Shown: positions 29,842 through 41,141, counted from the first letter of the stretch. The stretch is DNA of 64,000 bases from Desulfatiglandales bacterium (GCA_963667015.2 CAXXJJ010000004.1:1440001-1504000); one strand, 5' to 3'. Notes: generated by a model not told the origin, from the sequence alone. A program made the numbers and translations.

Positions 29842-30350
29842 CCTTTCGTATTAATGCGATACAGGTTATGAGGTCTGTCATGGAACATTACCTCTTTTTC
29901 AAATTTTAACCCGTTCTTTTCAGCCACCCTTATGGACTGGAGATTTGCAGACCTGATCAGCGATATTACAGACTCAAGATTTAATTTTTCTTTGGCATAT
30001 TCAATACAACCACTGGCCGCTTCCGGGCCATAGCCCTGTCCCCAGAACTCGTCTGAAAACCGGTATCCGACCTCCACCTCTTTTTTTCCGTCAATATTCT
30101 GGGATAAGAGGCCGCAGATACCCAGGAATGTTTCGTCGCTCTCTCTTATAACCGCCCAGAAACAGAACCCTTCGATATTATACCGGGATTGGACCTTTTC
30201 ATAAAATCCTTCAGCCTCTTTATTGTCCAGAGCACTGGGGAAATATTTGTGTACCTCCGGATTTGAGAGCAATCTGAAAAGATCTTTTTTGTGTTTTTCT
30301 CCGATCTTTTCCAGCCGGAGCCTTTTGGTTATGAGAACATTATCGGTCAT
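29829..30350 (-). CDS. GNAT N-acetyltransferase (RimJ/RimL type)
   Basis: TKRLRL, EVGY, FWGQGYG.EA, N..SIRVAEK.G. Confidence 0.9.
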   Translation of the reverse strand: MTDNVLITKRLRLEKIGEKHKKDLFRLLSNPEVHKYFPSALDNKEAEGFYEKVQSRYNIEGFCFWAVIRESDETFLGICGLLSQNIDGKKEVEVGYRFSDEFWGQGYGPEAASGCIEYAKEKLNLESVISLIRSANLQSIRVAEKNGLKFEKEVMFHDRPHNLYRINTKGCLP

Positions 30351-30523
30351 GATATTAATCCTGGTTGTTCCTCTCCAATTAACATGTTAATGACCTTTAT
30401 ATAAAAAGCATACAGAGGATGCGGCATGTGAGCGATGAGGTATCAGGCCTTGCGCTTCGCAATAAAATTTCCCCTGAAACCTGTCAGGCAGGCAGGGGAA
30501 ATAGTTATCGGTATAGAATAAAG

Positions 30524-32086
30524 CTATTTTAGCTTACATTCAAAATTAGCTGCATCATCCGTGCTTCCGGAACCTTTGTATACCGCTACCTCAGGATAGG
30601 GGCAAAGGGGACGGGACATCTGTTTCTGGTTCGGGTTCATCGGATTGCCAGCAGGAGTGCTTGCAATGATTTTATCCGGGGACTTTCCTTCTGTTACCCA
30701 GGTGTCTATTACAGAAAGCATATCAACAACACTGGGTCCATTTCCACCTGAACAATGTCCCATGCCGGGGATCAGGAAGAGCCTTACAGAATCTGCAGAC
30801 TTATCCCTGTCCATATCCGCAATCATAGTTTTATAAAAAGTGATTGTATTTTGGGGAGGAATTAGTCCGTCGGCCCATCCGTGTGAAAGGAGAAGTTTTC
30901 CTCCGCCATTTATGAATTTTGAAAGCCCGTCAGCCGGTACATCCAGGATATCACTACCTGCCTTGTATGATGCTTCAAGGTCTTTGTCATAGTCAAAGGA
31001 TTTAAAATCCCAGGCAGGATCTCCAAACACAAGATCCCTGAAATAGGAAGTCGCTCCGCCAAAGGGTTCAGGTCCGCCTGCCAGCATGACAAGCATCTGT
31101 TCGCTTCCCGGTGTAAAACCGGAAAATACCGGTTCTCCGGTCCGGGGATTCTTTACACCACCATAGATATCCTCAAGGGCTTCAACTTGTGCGGCTGTTA
31201 AACAGCCTTCTGTTTTATCATCACTGCATTCAAGGATTTCAGGGCTGTAGCTGCACATCTCCGGCCAGGAAGCAATCCCGTCCAGGACCCCGTCGACTTT
31301 ATCACATTTATCAATATATGCCTTGTTTGAAAGCATAAGCTGAGCCGGGGTGAGTTTATGGTCATCATCCCTTAGGGCCGCATACCCTGACCATAACGAT
31401 CCTATCATAAGGCCTACCATTGGATTGGCCGGGGCCATTGATGAGATGCCGTCAAAATCATCAGGATACCGGTAGGCTGCCATGAGTCCCTGCCTTCCGC
31501 CTGTTGAACAGCTCACCCAGAATGATTTATCCTCTTTTTTACCATAATATTCAGCCAGAATATCTTTAGCCTTTACCGTCATTTCATGCACGGCACGATG
31601 CCCGAAATCCACCAGCTTTTCTTTATGACCAACTGCCCATTTGACATCCATGCCGCTTCCAGAATGTCCTGTATCTGTTGCTACGGCAGCATATCCTTTT
31701 GATACAGGTTCTGCCATTGCTGAATGACCTATAGTGCCTGCCCATACCCCGTTTCCAACACCAACAAGCTTTCCGTTCCAGTTATCCTTCGGCATCCAGA
31801 CTTCTATCTTTATGTCGGAATCGGACGTCGGAGTAAGTGTAGCGGTCACCCGGCAAAAGGCGGGGGTATTTTGAAAGGGATTTATTCCGCCGGGGCCTCC
31901 CATCATAAAACCTGCGGCCGGCGGTTTAAACTGACCTGCCTCAACAATAGATGCAGAATCAATCTTTCCATCTTTTATCTTAAGAGACGCAAGGCTCTCA
32001 CATGAATTTTCTGCCACAGCAGGAATTACAGATAAAGCGAGCGCAGCAGTTGTTGTCAGGATGACTTTTATAAACCTAATAAACAT
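30524..32086 (-). CDS. Tannase/feruloyl esterase family hydrolase (exported); probable start 32086
   Basis: WNGK, TDTGH, SCSTGGRQG, YP.DFDG, HGWAD, PGMGHC, RPLCPYP. Confidence 0.92.
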   Translation of the reverse strand: MFIRFIKVILTTTAALALSVIPAVAENSCESLASLKIKDGKIDSASIVEAGQFKPPAAGFMMGGPGGINPFQNTPAFCRVTATLTPTSDSDIKIEVWMPKDNWNGKLVGVGNGVWAGTIGHSAMAEPVSKGYAAVATDTGHSGSGMDVKWAVGHKEKLVDFGHRAVHEMTVKAKDILAEYYGKKEDKSFWVSCSTGGRQGLMAAYRYPDDFDGISSMAPANPMVGLMIGSLWSGYAALRDDDHKLTPAQLMLSNKAYIDKCDKVDGVLDGIASWPEMCSYSPEILECSDDKTEGCLTAAQVEALEDIYGGVKNPRTGEPVFSGFTPGSEQMLVMLAGGPEPFGGATSYFRDLVFGDPAWDFKSFDYDKDLEASYKAGSDILDVPADGLSKFINGGGKLLLSHGWADGLIPPQNTITFYKTMIADMDRDKSADSVRLFLIPGMGHCSGGNGPSVVDMLSVIDTWVTEGKSPDKIIASTPAGNPMNPNQKQMSRPLCPYPEVAVYKGSGSTDDAANFECKLK

Positions 32087-32097
32087 ATTCAATTCCT

Positions 32098-33768
32098 TTA
32101 TTTTTGAGGTTCCGCACATTCAAAATTAGCTTCATCATCAATACTGCCTTCACCCTTATATCGGGCCACTTCAGGATATGGGCAGAGGGGACGTGTCCGG
32201 ATAACATTTCCATCCTTTACCTGTTGTGCAATTATCTTTTCCGGGGTTGTTCCCTTCTCAACCCAGTTGACAATAGCCGTAACAGAGTCAAGCTGATTCG
32301 GGCATTCTCCACCGCTGCAATGGGACATTCCGGGCACCATGAAGAGCCTGAAGAAATCCGGAGTGTCCGGACCATTTACCTTAAGGGCCTCTTCGTAATA
32401 ATTCACTCCTACCATTGGCTGAAGCACCGGATCAGACCACCCATAGGTCATAAGAAGTTTTCCGCCCCCTTTTCTGAAATTTGAAAGGTCAGGGTCTTTA
32501 GCATCTGCAAGTTTGCCCCATGCATCCAGCATATGGATGTCTTTATCAAAGTCAAATGTGCTGCAGTCATAATCAGGCATTGGCGGCTTGTGCACAAGGT
32601 AACGCATTGTGTCCTGGGCAAGCCCGAAATCTGCTGCAGGCATACCCAGCTGAGAGCTTACAATGAGACCCATCCACCCGCTCTGTGACGGACCTCCAAA
32701 CATACCGGACATTATGGCTTCACTCCCGGGCATAAAACCGGGGAATATGTTTTTACCGTTGCTCACTGGGCCCTGATAAACCTTTGCAATGGCATCTGCC
32801 TGTGCGGCTGTAAGACAATCAGGATTATCTGCACCCTCTTCACAGGCAGGTACATCTTTGGTTGGATCAAAGCTGCATTCACGCGGATCAGTAATCAGGC
32901 CGTCTTTTAATCCGTCTATTTCATCACACTTTTCCATCACCCTCTCAGCCACAAGGGCCATTTTTTCTGCTGTAACAGGCGATGCGCTTAACGCTCTCTC
33001 ATTCCACATTGCACCGATTGTAAAACCTGTCTGGTCCAGCCATGGAGCGTTTGCAATAATTCCATCAAAATCTTCAGGGTAACGCTGGGCTTCTATCATT
33101 CCCTGTCTCCCACCATTGGAGCATGAATTCCAGTAGGAATATTTAATATTTTTCTGATAATAGTCTGCGGTGATTGCTTTTGCGGTAATGGCAGTAAGGT
33201 GAACTGCACGATAGGCATAGTCTATAGCCTTTTGAGGGTTGCTCATTACAAAGGAAGCTCCCGGCTCTTTTTTTGTATCGTGGCCTGTATCTGTAAGGGC
33301 TATTGCAAATCCCTTGCTTAGTGCCTCTTTCACCTGTGAAACCTGCATCGGGTCATCAAGAGACTGACCCGCATGACCGCCGTTACCTATCATATAAAAC
33401 CGGCCGTTCCATTTTTCAGGAAGGTTTACTTCAAAGGCAATCTCAGGATCCAGTGTACCCCTCACCTTGCAGAAACCCGGGGCGTTTCCTTCTGCCGGTG
33501 TTTCTCTGGCTTCCAGCTGTAAAATATCATCGGCCCTGAAACTGCTCATTACATCACAGGACTTTGCAGGTAAAATATTCGCCTTTGTATAGTCAACAGT
33601 CGTATCCACTGTTTCGACTGCTTCGGCTGTTTCAACGGCTTCATCTGACGGCAGATTCTGATCAGGCTGATCCTTTTCGCAGGCGCTTATCAAAAAACAG
33701 ATCAAAATTATTATTATCTTACTGAACAATCGTATTAACTGTAGCTTATTTACTTTTCTTTTCGCCAT
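32098..33768 (-). CDS. Tannase/feruloyl esterase family hydrolase (lipoprotein)
   Basis: Lipobox ISAC; SCSNGGRQG, GWSD, PGMSHC, RPLCPYP. Confidence 0.92.
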   Translation of the reverse strand: MAKRKVNKLQLIRLFSKIIIILICFLISACEKDQPDQNLPSDEAVETAEAVETVDTTVDYTKANILPAKSCDVMSSFRADDILQLEARETPAEGNAPGFCKVRGTLDPEIAFEVNLPEKWNGRFYMIGNGGHAGQSLDDPMQVSQVKEALSKGFAIALTDTGHDTKKEPGASFVMSNPQKAIDYAYRAVHLTAITAKAITADYYQKNIKYSYWNSCSNGGRQGMIEAQRYPEDFDGIIANAPWLDQTGFTIGAMWNERALSASPVTAEKMALVAERVMEKCDEIDGLKDGLITDPRECSFDPTKDVPACEEGADNPDCLTAAQADAIAKVYQGPVSNGKNIFPGFMPGSEAIMSGMFGGPSQSGWMGLIVSSQLGMPAADFGLAQDTMRYLVHKPPMPDYDCSTFDFDKDIHMLDAWGKLADAKDPDLSNFRKGGGKLLMTYGWSDPVLQPMVGVNYYEEALKVNGPDTPDFFRLFMVPGMSHCSGGECPNQLDSVTAIVNWVEKGTTPEKIIAQQVKDGNVIRTRPLCPYPEVARYKGEGSIDDEANFECAEPQK

Positions 33769-33899
33769 ATCTTCTCCCTATTTTTTGATTGTTATAAACC
33801 TGTAAATCATCAGGGTGTAAAACCCCACTTTACGGAAAGCTGAGAGTATTAAGCCAAAAACATCGGTTTTGGGCTTAATTTAAGCTCTACATTTTCTTA

Positions 33900-34808
33900 T
33901 TACCTTGAGACCGTGCAGTTAATTCCAAGATCAATATATGCCTTTTTTACGGCTTCAATCTCTTCATTTTCCATGACACAAAGATCGCCCAGTGAATACT
34001 CAATGCCGATGGCCTTATACTTATCCTTGCCCATCCTGTGAAAGGGCATCAGTTCAAGCCTTGCTGCACTGTCACCAAGGCCTTTTAAAAATTCCGCGGT
34101 TGCCTTGATGTTTGCATCCGTATCATTTACACCGGGAATCAGGGGATTACGAAAAAGGACATCCGCTTTCTGCTCTACAAGAATGGAGGCATTTTCAAGT
34201 ATCCTGTCATTGGGATGCCCGGTATATTTTTTATGAATTTCACTGTCCAGGTGCTTCAGGTCAAACAGGAAATGGTCTGTTACAGGCATTACTTCCTTAA
34301 GGGCACTTGAATTAACATTGCCGCATGTCTCAACACAGGTGTCTATCTGCTCTCCGTGGCACAACTCAAACAGCTCCCTCACAAAGGCAGGATGAAGCAG
34401 GGGTTCGCCCCCTGATACGGTTACGCCTCCGCCTGAAGAGTCATAAAACATCTTGTCCCGTCTGACCTCATCCCATACCTCATCAACAGTCATGGAATTT
34501 CCGTACCTGACAAGGGCTCCATAACTGCAGTTATCGCTGCATTCACCGCAGGAGTTGCAGAGGGAATAATCAATTCGATGTTTGTTTTGATCTGTATTTA
34601 TTGCATTTTGCTTGCAGGTCTCGGTACATTTACCGCAGCCTTTGCACAGCAGTTCAATGAACCCTATCTGCGGTTTTCCGGATATGCATTCGGGATTGGC
34701 ACACCATTTACAGGAAAGGGGGCACCCCTTGAAAAAGACAACTGTCCTTATTCCAGGCCCGTCATGAATGGAATACCCCTGAATATTGGTTATAAAGGCA
34801 CTGTTCAT
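33900..34808 (-). CDS. Glycyl-radical enzyme activating protein (radical SAM with ferredoxin insert)
   Basis: HDGPGIRT, GCPLSCKWCANPE, two CxxCxxCxxxC, SGGEP. Confidence 0.93.
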   Translation of the reverse strand: MNSAFITNIQGYSIHDGPGIRTVVFFKGCPLSCKWCANPECISGKPQIGFIELLCKGCGKCTETCKQNAINTDQNKHRIDYSLCNSCGECSDNCSYGALVRYGNSMTVDEVWDEVRRDKMFYDSSGGGVTVSGGEPLLHPAFVRELFELCHGEQIDTCVETCGNVNSSALKEVMPVTDHFLFDLKHLDSEIHKKYTGHPNDRILENASILVEQKADVLFRNPLIPGVNDTDANIKATAEFLKGLGDSAARLELMPFHRMGKDKYKAIGIEYSLGDLCVMENEEIEAVKKAYIDLGINCTVSR

Positions 34809-35104
34809 TTTTATAAAAAAGTAAAAAACACTAGTAATTAAAATTGGTTACATGATGTATAAAATTGAACAGATATTATTAGCATGACAGTTAAATGTAA
34901 ACAATAAAATATGCTGATTATGTTGTATTTTCTGAAAGTTATAAAAGCTTCAATCACTTAGACCGGATAAAAATAATGTTGTGATTATCCGGTTTTTTAC
35001 ATATATATCGGTGACAGGTATCATGCAGGCACTTCAGGACTTTTAAAAGCTTTTCCATCAGTATTTATCAGCTATATGATTAAATTCAGAATATCGGTAA
35101 TAAT

Positions 35105-36202
35105 ATGAGCTACAACGATATCAGGCTATATGTGATGAGCGGTACAGGAAACACCTATCGAGTGTCGCAATGGATAAAGAAGACTGCAGAAGAGCATAAT
35201 ATCCCCACAGAAATCACCATGATAGAAGGGGTCGAAAAGAAAACCCTGAAGAAACCTGTCAAAGACAGGCTGTACGGGGTTATGTTCCCGGCACACGGGC
35301 TGATGGCACCATGGTCCATGATAAAATTTTTATTACGCATGCCTCCGGGCAACAGGGCTCCGCTCATGATCCTCTCCACCAGGGGAGGTATCAGACTGGG
35401 CAACATTGTTATTCCAGGAGCTGTGGGCTTTGGCAACTTTCTGGCTGCGCTTGTTTTAATGTTAAAGGGATACAGGGTAAAGGGGCTCTTCAGCCTGGAT
35501 ATGCCTGCCAACATGATTAATATTCACTGGGGCATGAATTCAAAAAGCTCTGAGATAATATTAAACAGGGCACGGAAAAAGTTAAATCCGGTAATTGACC
35601 GCCTTTTAACCGGTAAAAATGTATTTTACCCTGGAAACAACCTCTGGGAACTGGCATGGACAATATTGCTGTTCTGGCTGTGCCCCTTATTGCCTCTCCT
35701 TTACCTGCTCATCGGAAAACTTTTCATGGCAAAGCTCATGTTTGCAGATAATCGATGCATTGGCTGCGGAGAATGCGCAAGACACTGCCCCAACAGGGCT
35801 GTTTTAATGAAACAGATTGGCGGTAAAAACAGGCCTTTCTGGACATATCACTGCGAGGCCTGTTTAAGGTGTATGGCATTCTGTAAAAAAGAGGCCATTC
35901 TGGCAGGACATTCATGGGGAGTAATCCTGTACTTCATAACATCCGTGCCCTTCATCATGTTTTTACTCGGGAAAGCCAACCTGTTTTCTTCCATACTGCC
36001 CTATATTAAAGGCTACTGGCTGAATCAGCTTGTTGAAATGATTTACATCATTCCCGCCATGGTAATCTCATACTGGATTTTCTGGCTGCTGATTCAAATA
36101 CCATTTATAAACACATTATTTGCATATACCTCTTTTACAAGATATTTCCGCCGCTACCATGAACCGGAAACCCGCCTTAAGGATTTTATGGCAAAGGAAT
36201 GA
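35105..36202 (+). CDS. EFR1-like flavodoxin/4Fe-4S protein with TM segments
   Basis: SGTGNT, DMPAN, CIGCGECARHCP, CEACLRCMAFC. Confidence 0.8.
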   Translation: MSYNDIRLYVMSGTGNTYRVSQWIKKTAEEHNIPTEITMIEGVEKKTLKKPVKDRLYGVMFPAHGLMAPWSMIKFLLRMPPGNRAPLMILSTRGGIRLGNIVIPGAVGFGNFLAALVLMLKGYRVKGLFSLDMPANMINIHWGMNSKSSEIILNRARKKLNPVIDRLLTGKNVFYPGNNLWELAWTILLFWLCPLLPLLYLLIGKLFMAKLMFADNRCIGCGECARHCPNRAVLMKQIGGKNRPFWTYHCEACLRCMAFCKKEAILAGHSWGVILYFITSVPFIMFLLGKANLFSSILPYIKGYWLNQLVEMIYIIPAMVISYWIFWLLIQIPFINTLFAYTSFTRYFRRYHEPETRLKDFMAKE

Positions 36203-36401
36203 AGTTAGCAGAACAGTTGAATAACAAATATTGGAAAAAAGTATTTATTTTTTGAACTGCAGATATCCTCAATGTATCACAACTTTGTGCTAAGATTGTA
36301 TAAGGCAAGAAATCCATAATTTTGGATCATCTACCCGGACCAAAATATATGGGGACATAGCTCATTATAATGAGAACTAGTCGAAGTAAAAATATTTACC
36401 T

Positions 36402-36767
36402 TTACCACAAAAGCCAGAGTATCTTATCTCCCTGTTTCTTACCCCTGACTTTTTCCATGTGCCTTAGTGTCGCGAACTCTCGTTCCAGATCCTTCAACGT
36501 TAGATTTGATCCCATTTCCGACAATAATTGATTAGGCTCAATAGCGCCCTTTTCGTCCAGTATCTTCAATATCTTCGACTGAATAGGAGTCAATATTTTA
36601 TTCTTTCCAGAATATTTTTCAAATGTCCTGGCGCTGTGGACTGCCCATGGATCGCATGTTTTCAGGGGAGACAAGACCTCGATGCAGCAATCCTCACACA
36701 AAATTTGTCCCAGGTGTTCCCTTTCTTCTCCAGAATCAATCTCCTGGTTGCATTTATCACATTTCAT
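36402..36767 (-). CDS. Conserved hypothetical Zn-finger/wHTH protein
   Basis: CDKC..CEDC..CDPWAV; GGAGG RBS before ATG 36767. Confidence 0.7.
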   Translation of the reverse strand: MKCDKCNQEIDSGEEREHLGQILCEDCCIEVLSPLKTCDPWAVHSARTFEKYSGKNKILTPIQSKILKILDEKGAIEPNQLLSEMGSNLTLKDLEREFATLRHMEKVRGKKQGDKILWLLW

Positions 36768-36991
36768 GTTAACCTCCTGATTCGTTGATTTGATCAACAT
36801 ATTATTATCATAATTTAATCAATGTTGAAATAAGAGTCCCATTCCTGCGATTTCAATCAATTCACTGGTATAATCTGTAGAGTTAATATCAGGAAATATC
36901 CGAATACACTTCAAAGTAACTTATGATTATGATAAAAAGCTTTATTTATGTATCATTTTACTAATTTCCTATAATAAAGAGCGAGGTAAAT

Positions 36992-37765
36992 ATGAAGATA
37001 CTGAATTGGCGCGTAATACTTGGATTGTCACTCCTCCTGCTTTCAGCAGCCGTCTACTATTTACATTACTTACTATTTCATGATGCACATCATATTTTTA
37101 TATATCTTGTGGGAGATGTAGCCTTTGTGTTCATTGAGGTATTACTTGTTACAATGGTAATACACCAGCTGTTGAATGAGTGGGAAAAAAAGTCTAAGTT
37201 GAAAAAATTGAATATGGTGATTGAGACATTTTTCAGTGAATTTGGAAAGCCCTTGCTGGCTTATCTATCCAATGCTGACATAGATCTTGAAACAATACGG
37301 AATACTGTTGTGATGGATTGTGACTGCGAGCCGGACTTCAAACGTGCAGCATCTGCTGTCCGCTCCTATAATGGTAATATTGACCTGACTAAGATTAAAC
37401 TGGATAATCTTGAAAATTTTCTGTGTGCAAAACGGGTATTTCTTGTAAACCTGCTCCAGAATCCCAACCTGCTGGAACATGAGACCTTCACTGAATCACT
37501 TATGGCCCTGTTCCACATCACAGAAGAACTCGCGGCCAGAGATCTGGATAATCTGTCGGAAGAAGACCGCCTGCATACAAAACACGACCTGGAACGTGCA
37601 TACGGCCTTCTCATCAGGCAGTATATTGCATACATGGAGTATACTTACAAACACTATCCCTATTTCTTCCTTTTTGTTACAAACACAAATCCATTTGACG
37701 CAGAGGCATCATGGATAGAACGGTGGTCAGGGAAGGTACATCAGACATCACTGCAGATTTGCTAA
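36992..37765 (+). CDS. Hypothetical membrane protein
   Basis: 257 aa, two N-terminal TM helices, GAGG RBS. Confidence 0.75.
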   Translation: MKILNWRVILGLSLLLLSAAVYYLHYLLFHDAHHIFIYLVGDVAFVFIEVLLVTMVIHQLLNEWEKKSKLKKLNMVIETFFSEFGKPLLAYLSNADIDLETIRNTVVMDCDCEPDFKRAASAVRSYNGNIDLTKIKLDNLENFLCAKRVFLVNLLQNPNLLEHETFTESLMALFHITEELAARDLDNLSEEDRLHTKHDLERAYGLLIRQYIAYMEYTYKHYPYFFLFVTNTNPFDAEASWIERWSGKVHQTSLQIC

Positions 37766-38261
37766 TACAATATCATTTGGCTGGATTTTTTAGTCATTGT
37801 AAATCGCCCGGGGACAGCCCTTTCGCTGTCCCATTTTTCATAGTCTCCAGGGAAATCATCGTTACTTCTTCAGCTTTTCAATCATCTCCTCAACTTCTTC
37901 ATACCCTTCTTTATAATAATTTACTAAGGAATTTTAGATGAGTACGTTAAAATTTTAAGTTTTTTTTGATTCTCATCCTTTATATTGCGCCACAATACTG
38001 GATCGTTCCGGTTTAATTTTCTCATTACTAACATATTGTATATGTATGAACGCGTTCAAAACCTGTAATATCTGCTATGTATATCAGGTTTTTAGATAGT
38101 GCTAATTGTACAGATATCTCGGACATATCTACAATTTTGCTCTAGTTTTAAAAGCAGGTATATTTTTATAAAGTTTTGTCGCCTTTCATTTTGGCTCCCG
38201 CTGGAAAACAACGGATAAACTCTGGGAGAAATCTTACTTTTAATCTCGACATTAATGCAAA

Positions 38262-38285
38262 GGGCACGATGCGTCGTGCCCCTAC
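38262..38285 (-). repeat. REP-like element
   Basis: Minus strand GTAG-GGGCACGA-CGCA-TCGTGCCC: GTAG tetranucleotide plus GC palindrome. Confidence 0.65.
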
Positions 38286-38324
38286 AATTACTATACCTCG
38301 AAAGAGGTAAAAATCATCCACGAC

Positions 38325-38838
38325 ACTAACAAGACAACATATAACCGCCGTCAGATAGTACCTGTAACCTGTGCAGAGGCAGGGGATGCCAGGTATACTG
38401 CCATTGCACCCACCTCGATTGGTTCACCAAAACGCCTGGCAGGCATCTGGTTAATTATATAAGACATCTCTTCTACATTATACCAGTCGGTCAGATCCTC
38501 ATCCATGTTAAGGAGCTCGCTAAAGCAGGATATTCCGGCATTATTTACCAGTATGTCAAAATTACCGAATGATTCATATCCCTCATTAACCGCCCTGCGT
38601 AAACCTTTTATATCCGCGATGTCACAGGAAAAACTTTCATATCGCCCTCCATTGGGTTCTAGCTCTGCAATGGCCTCTCCGGCCTTAACACTGTCGCGGC
38701 AGAAAATTGCTATATCTGCGCCACTCTGTGCCATTGCTGCTGCTATTCCCAATCCAAGCCCCCGGTTTCCTCCTGTAACCAGTGCTTTTTTCCGCTGAGA
38801 TCAAACGCATTTTTCATGCTGGTAATTGGCGGAATCAT
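38325..38838 (-). pseudogene. SDR-family oxidoreductase pseudogene
   Basis: MKNAFDLS..ALVTGGNRGLG broken by an A6 tract frameshift (~38786-91); LVNNAG present; catalytic YxxxK region deleted; second break before DGGY. Confidence 0.85.
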
Positions 38839-38914
38839 ATTCATCTCCTTTCCCGGTCATATATATTCTGTAAGAATTTTCTAAAAATAATAGCCTTTCG
38901 GAATAAACATAAAA

Positions 38915-38939
38915 GCGGTTAAAGAAAACCTTTAACCGC
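38915..38939 (-). terminator. Terminator hairpin after Mo-oxidoreductase operon
   Basis: GCGGTTAAAG/CTTTAACCGC with U-tract on minus strand. Confidence 0.7.
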
Positions 38940-38966
38940 CCTTATATATTCCTGTTTATGATTATT

Positions 38967-41141
38967 TTATATCTTTTTGAGTGCCGCTTTAACCCTTTCG
39001 GGGGTCATGGGCATTTCAAACAGTTTTGCACCTGTGGCATCAAATACACCGGTTGCGATTACAGCCCCCATTCCTATAATGGCCGGTTCGCCTGCGCCCT
39101 GCGGGGGATCATTATCCTTTTTCAGTATAACGGTTTCTATCTTCGGCACCCATGAAAACCTTGGGAGTTCGTATGTATCAAAATTTTTGTCAAGAACAAC
39201 CCCGTCACTGAACTCAAGCCCTTCGGTCAGGGCATATCCCATGCTCATGACACAGCATCCTTCCATCTGTATTCTGGTCCCCTGCGGGTTTACACAAAGA
39301 CCCATATCATATACGCATACGACCCTTTTGACCTTTATTTCACCGGTCTTTTTATTTACTTCAATCTCGCCGATATGTGCCGCATAGGTATTTGCATCTA
39401 TTCCGCAGGATATGCCAATACCCCTGCCGCTGATCGATTTTGAGGGTTTGTATCCGAACTTATCGGCAGCCGCCTTCAGCACACCGATCATCTTTTCATC
39501 TTTGAGATTTTTCAAACGGAATTCCAGGGGATCGATACCTGCCTTTGCAGCCATAATACTCATCTGGAGTTCCTTTGCATGAATATTATTGGGTCCCCCC
39601 GGAGCACGCCACGGACCTACCCTGAAGGGATGAGAACCCTGAGGAGGTACCATCCAGCTTCCATATACACTGACTTTGCTGTGAGGAATATCATATATCA
39701 CTTCTGCGCACCTGTCTCCGGCCATATAGACATCATAATTCCAGAAAACCACCCGGCCTGAATTATCTATGCCTGATTTGATCTTGATAACCGCGGCCGG
39801 TCTGTATGTGTCATAAAAGAATTCCTCGGTCCTGGTAAAGGAGACCTGCACAGGTTTTCCCGTCAACTGGGCGAGCCTGGCAGCTTCGATTGCCTCAGGA
39901 TTGGAGTTAGCGGCCATCATAGACATGGTAAGCTTGCCACCAAAGGCCCCTCCGACAAAGGGCGTAATAACCCGGACCTTATCTGCCGGAACCTTGAGCC
40001 CCTTGGCAACTTCACTCTGGACTCCAAAGGGAGCCTGGGTCGATGCCCATACAGTGATTTTTCCGTTTTCTATATTTGCAAAACTGGTATGCGTCTCCAT
40101 GGGAGCATGGGCAACATAGGCACTTACATAGGTTTCTTCAAAAACCTCTTTTGCAAGCTTAATACCCTCATTAATATCTCCCTTTGGATTAGGAACCTGG
40201 GCCTGGACAGGAACCTTTACTATGTGATCATAGATAGTCTTATTGCTGAGGCCGGTTTTCGGCATGTCATATTCAGCCTTAATTTCACCCAGGGCCCGTT
40301 GTGCCTCATCGGGATTTTCATGCAGTACGGCTATAAGGTCTTCATCCCGGATAACCTGAACACCTTTGATTTTATCAGCCGCGGAAACATCCAGGCTTAT
40401 TAATTTCGCCCCGTGTGCCGGAGGTCTCAAAACACTTGCATAGAGCATACCAGGCATACGGATATCTCCGGCATATTTTGCCCTGCCCGTAACCTTGTCA
40501 AGGGCATCCTGATGAAAATATGGTTTACCTATATATTCAAAATCAGAAGGAGGTGTAACCGGGGGTTTCGGATCAATACGCCTTTCAATAATCTTTCCCT
40601 TTGTGAGGGTACCGTAGGTAACCTTCCTGCCGGTGTTCTTTTTATCGAAAACCACGCCGTTTTTTGTCTGCAAATCCTTAACAGGGCATTTAAGATACTC
40701 TGCAGCCAGTTCCTTTAGCACACCCTTTGCCTCTGAAGCGGCGGCCCTGAGCTGGACTCCGACAATACGTATGGCCATTGAACCGCCCGTCCCGATATCC
40801 CAGGGACATTTGTCCGTATCACCCATAATCATATCTACCGAATCATAGGTAACATCAAGATCATCGGCCACTATCTGGGGAAAAGATGAAATGGTCCCCT
40901 GCCCCATATCAACCTTTCCGATAAAGCATGTAACACGTTCGTCTGTACCGATCCTCAAAAAGGCATTAAAGTCAGGGGGTGGACCGAACTGGGCGGCTGA
41001 TTTTAGGGGATTACCAATTGTGCAATAGACAATAATACCACCACCCAGTAGACCCATCTTCTTTAGAAAATCCCTGCGATCGCTGTCTATTTCCTGTGGG
41101 GTAACGCTTTTCCTTAAAATATTATGCCGGTTATTTTTCAT
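38967..41141 (-). CDS. Xanthine-oxidase-family molybdopterin subunit (isoquinoline 1-oxidoreductase beta-like), Tat signal
   Basis: RRDFLK, DMGQG, AHAPME, VGGAFGGK, WRAPG, GAGEP. Confidence 0.9.
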   Translation of the reverse strand: MKNNRHNILRKSVTPQEIDSDRRDFLKKMGLLGGGIIVYCTIGNPLKSAAQFGPPPDFNAFLRIGTDERVTCFIGKVDMGQGTISSFPQIVADDLDVTYDSVDMIMGDTDKCPWDIGTGGSMAIRIVGVQLRAAASEAKGVLKELAAEYLKCPVKDLQTKNGVVFDKKNTGRKVTYGTLTKGKIIERRIDPKPPVTPPSDFEYIGKPYFHQDALDKVTGRAKYAGDIRMPGMLYASVLRPPAHGAKLISLDVSAADKIKGVQVIRDEDLIAVLHENPDEAQRALGEIKAEYDMPKTGLSNKTIYDHIVKVPVQAQVPNPKGDINEGIKLAKEVFEETYVSAYVAHAPMETHTSFANIENGKITVWASTQAPFGVQSEVAKGLKVPADKVRVITPFVGGAFGGKLTMSMMAANSNPEAIEAARLAQLTGKPVQVSFTRTEEFFYDTYRPAAVIKIKSGIDNSGRVVFWNYDVYMAGDRCAEVIYDIPHSKVSVYGSWMVPPQGSHPFRVGPWRAPGGPNNIHAKELQMSIMAAKAGIDPLEFRLKNLKDEKMIGVLKAAADKFGYKPSKSISGRGIGISCGIDANTYAAHIGEIEVNKKTGEIKVKRVVCVYDMGLCVNPQGTRIQMEGCCVMSMGYALTEGLEFSDGVVLDKNFDTYELPRFSWVPKIETVILKKDNDPPQGAGEPAIIGMGAVIATGVFDATGAKLFEMPMTPERVKAALKKI

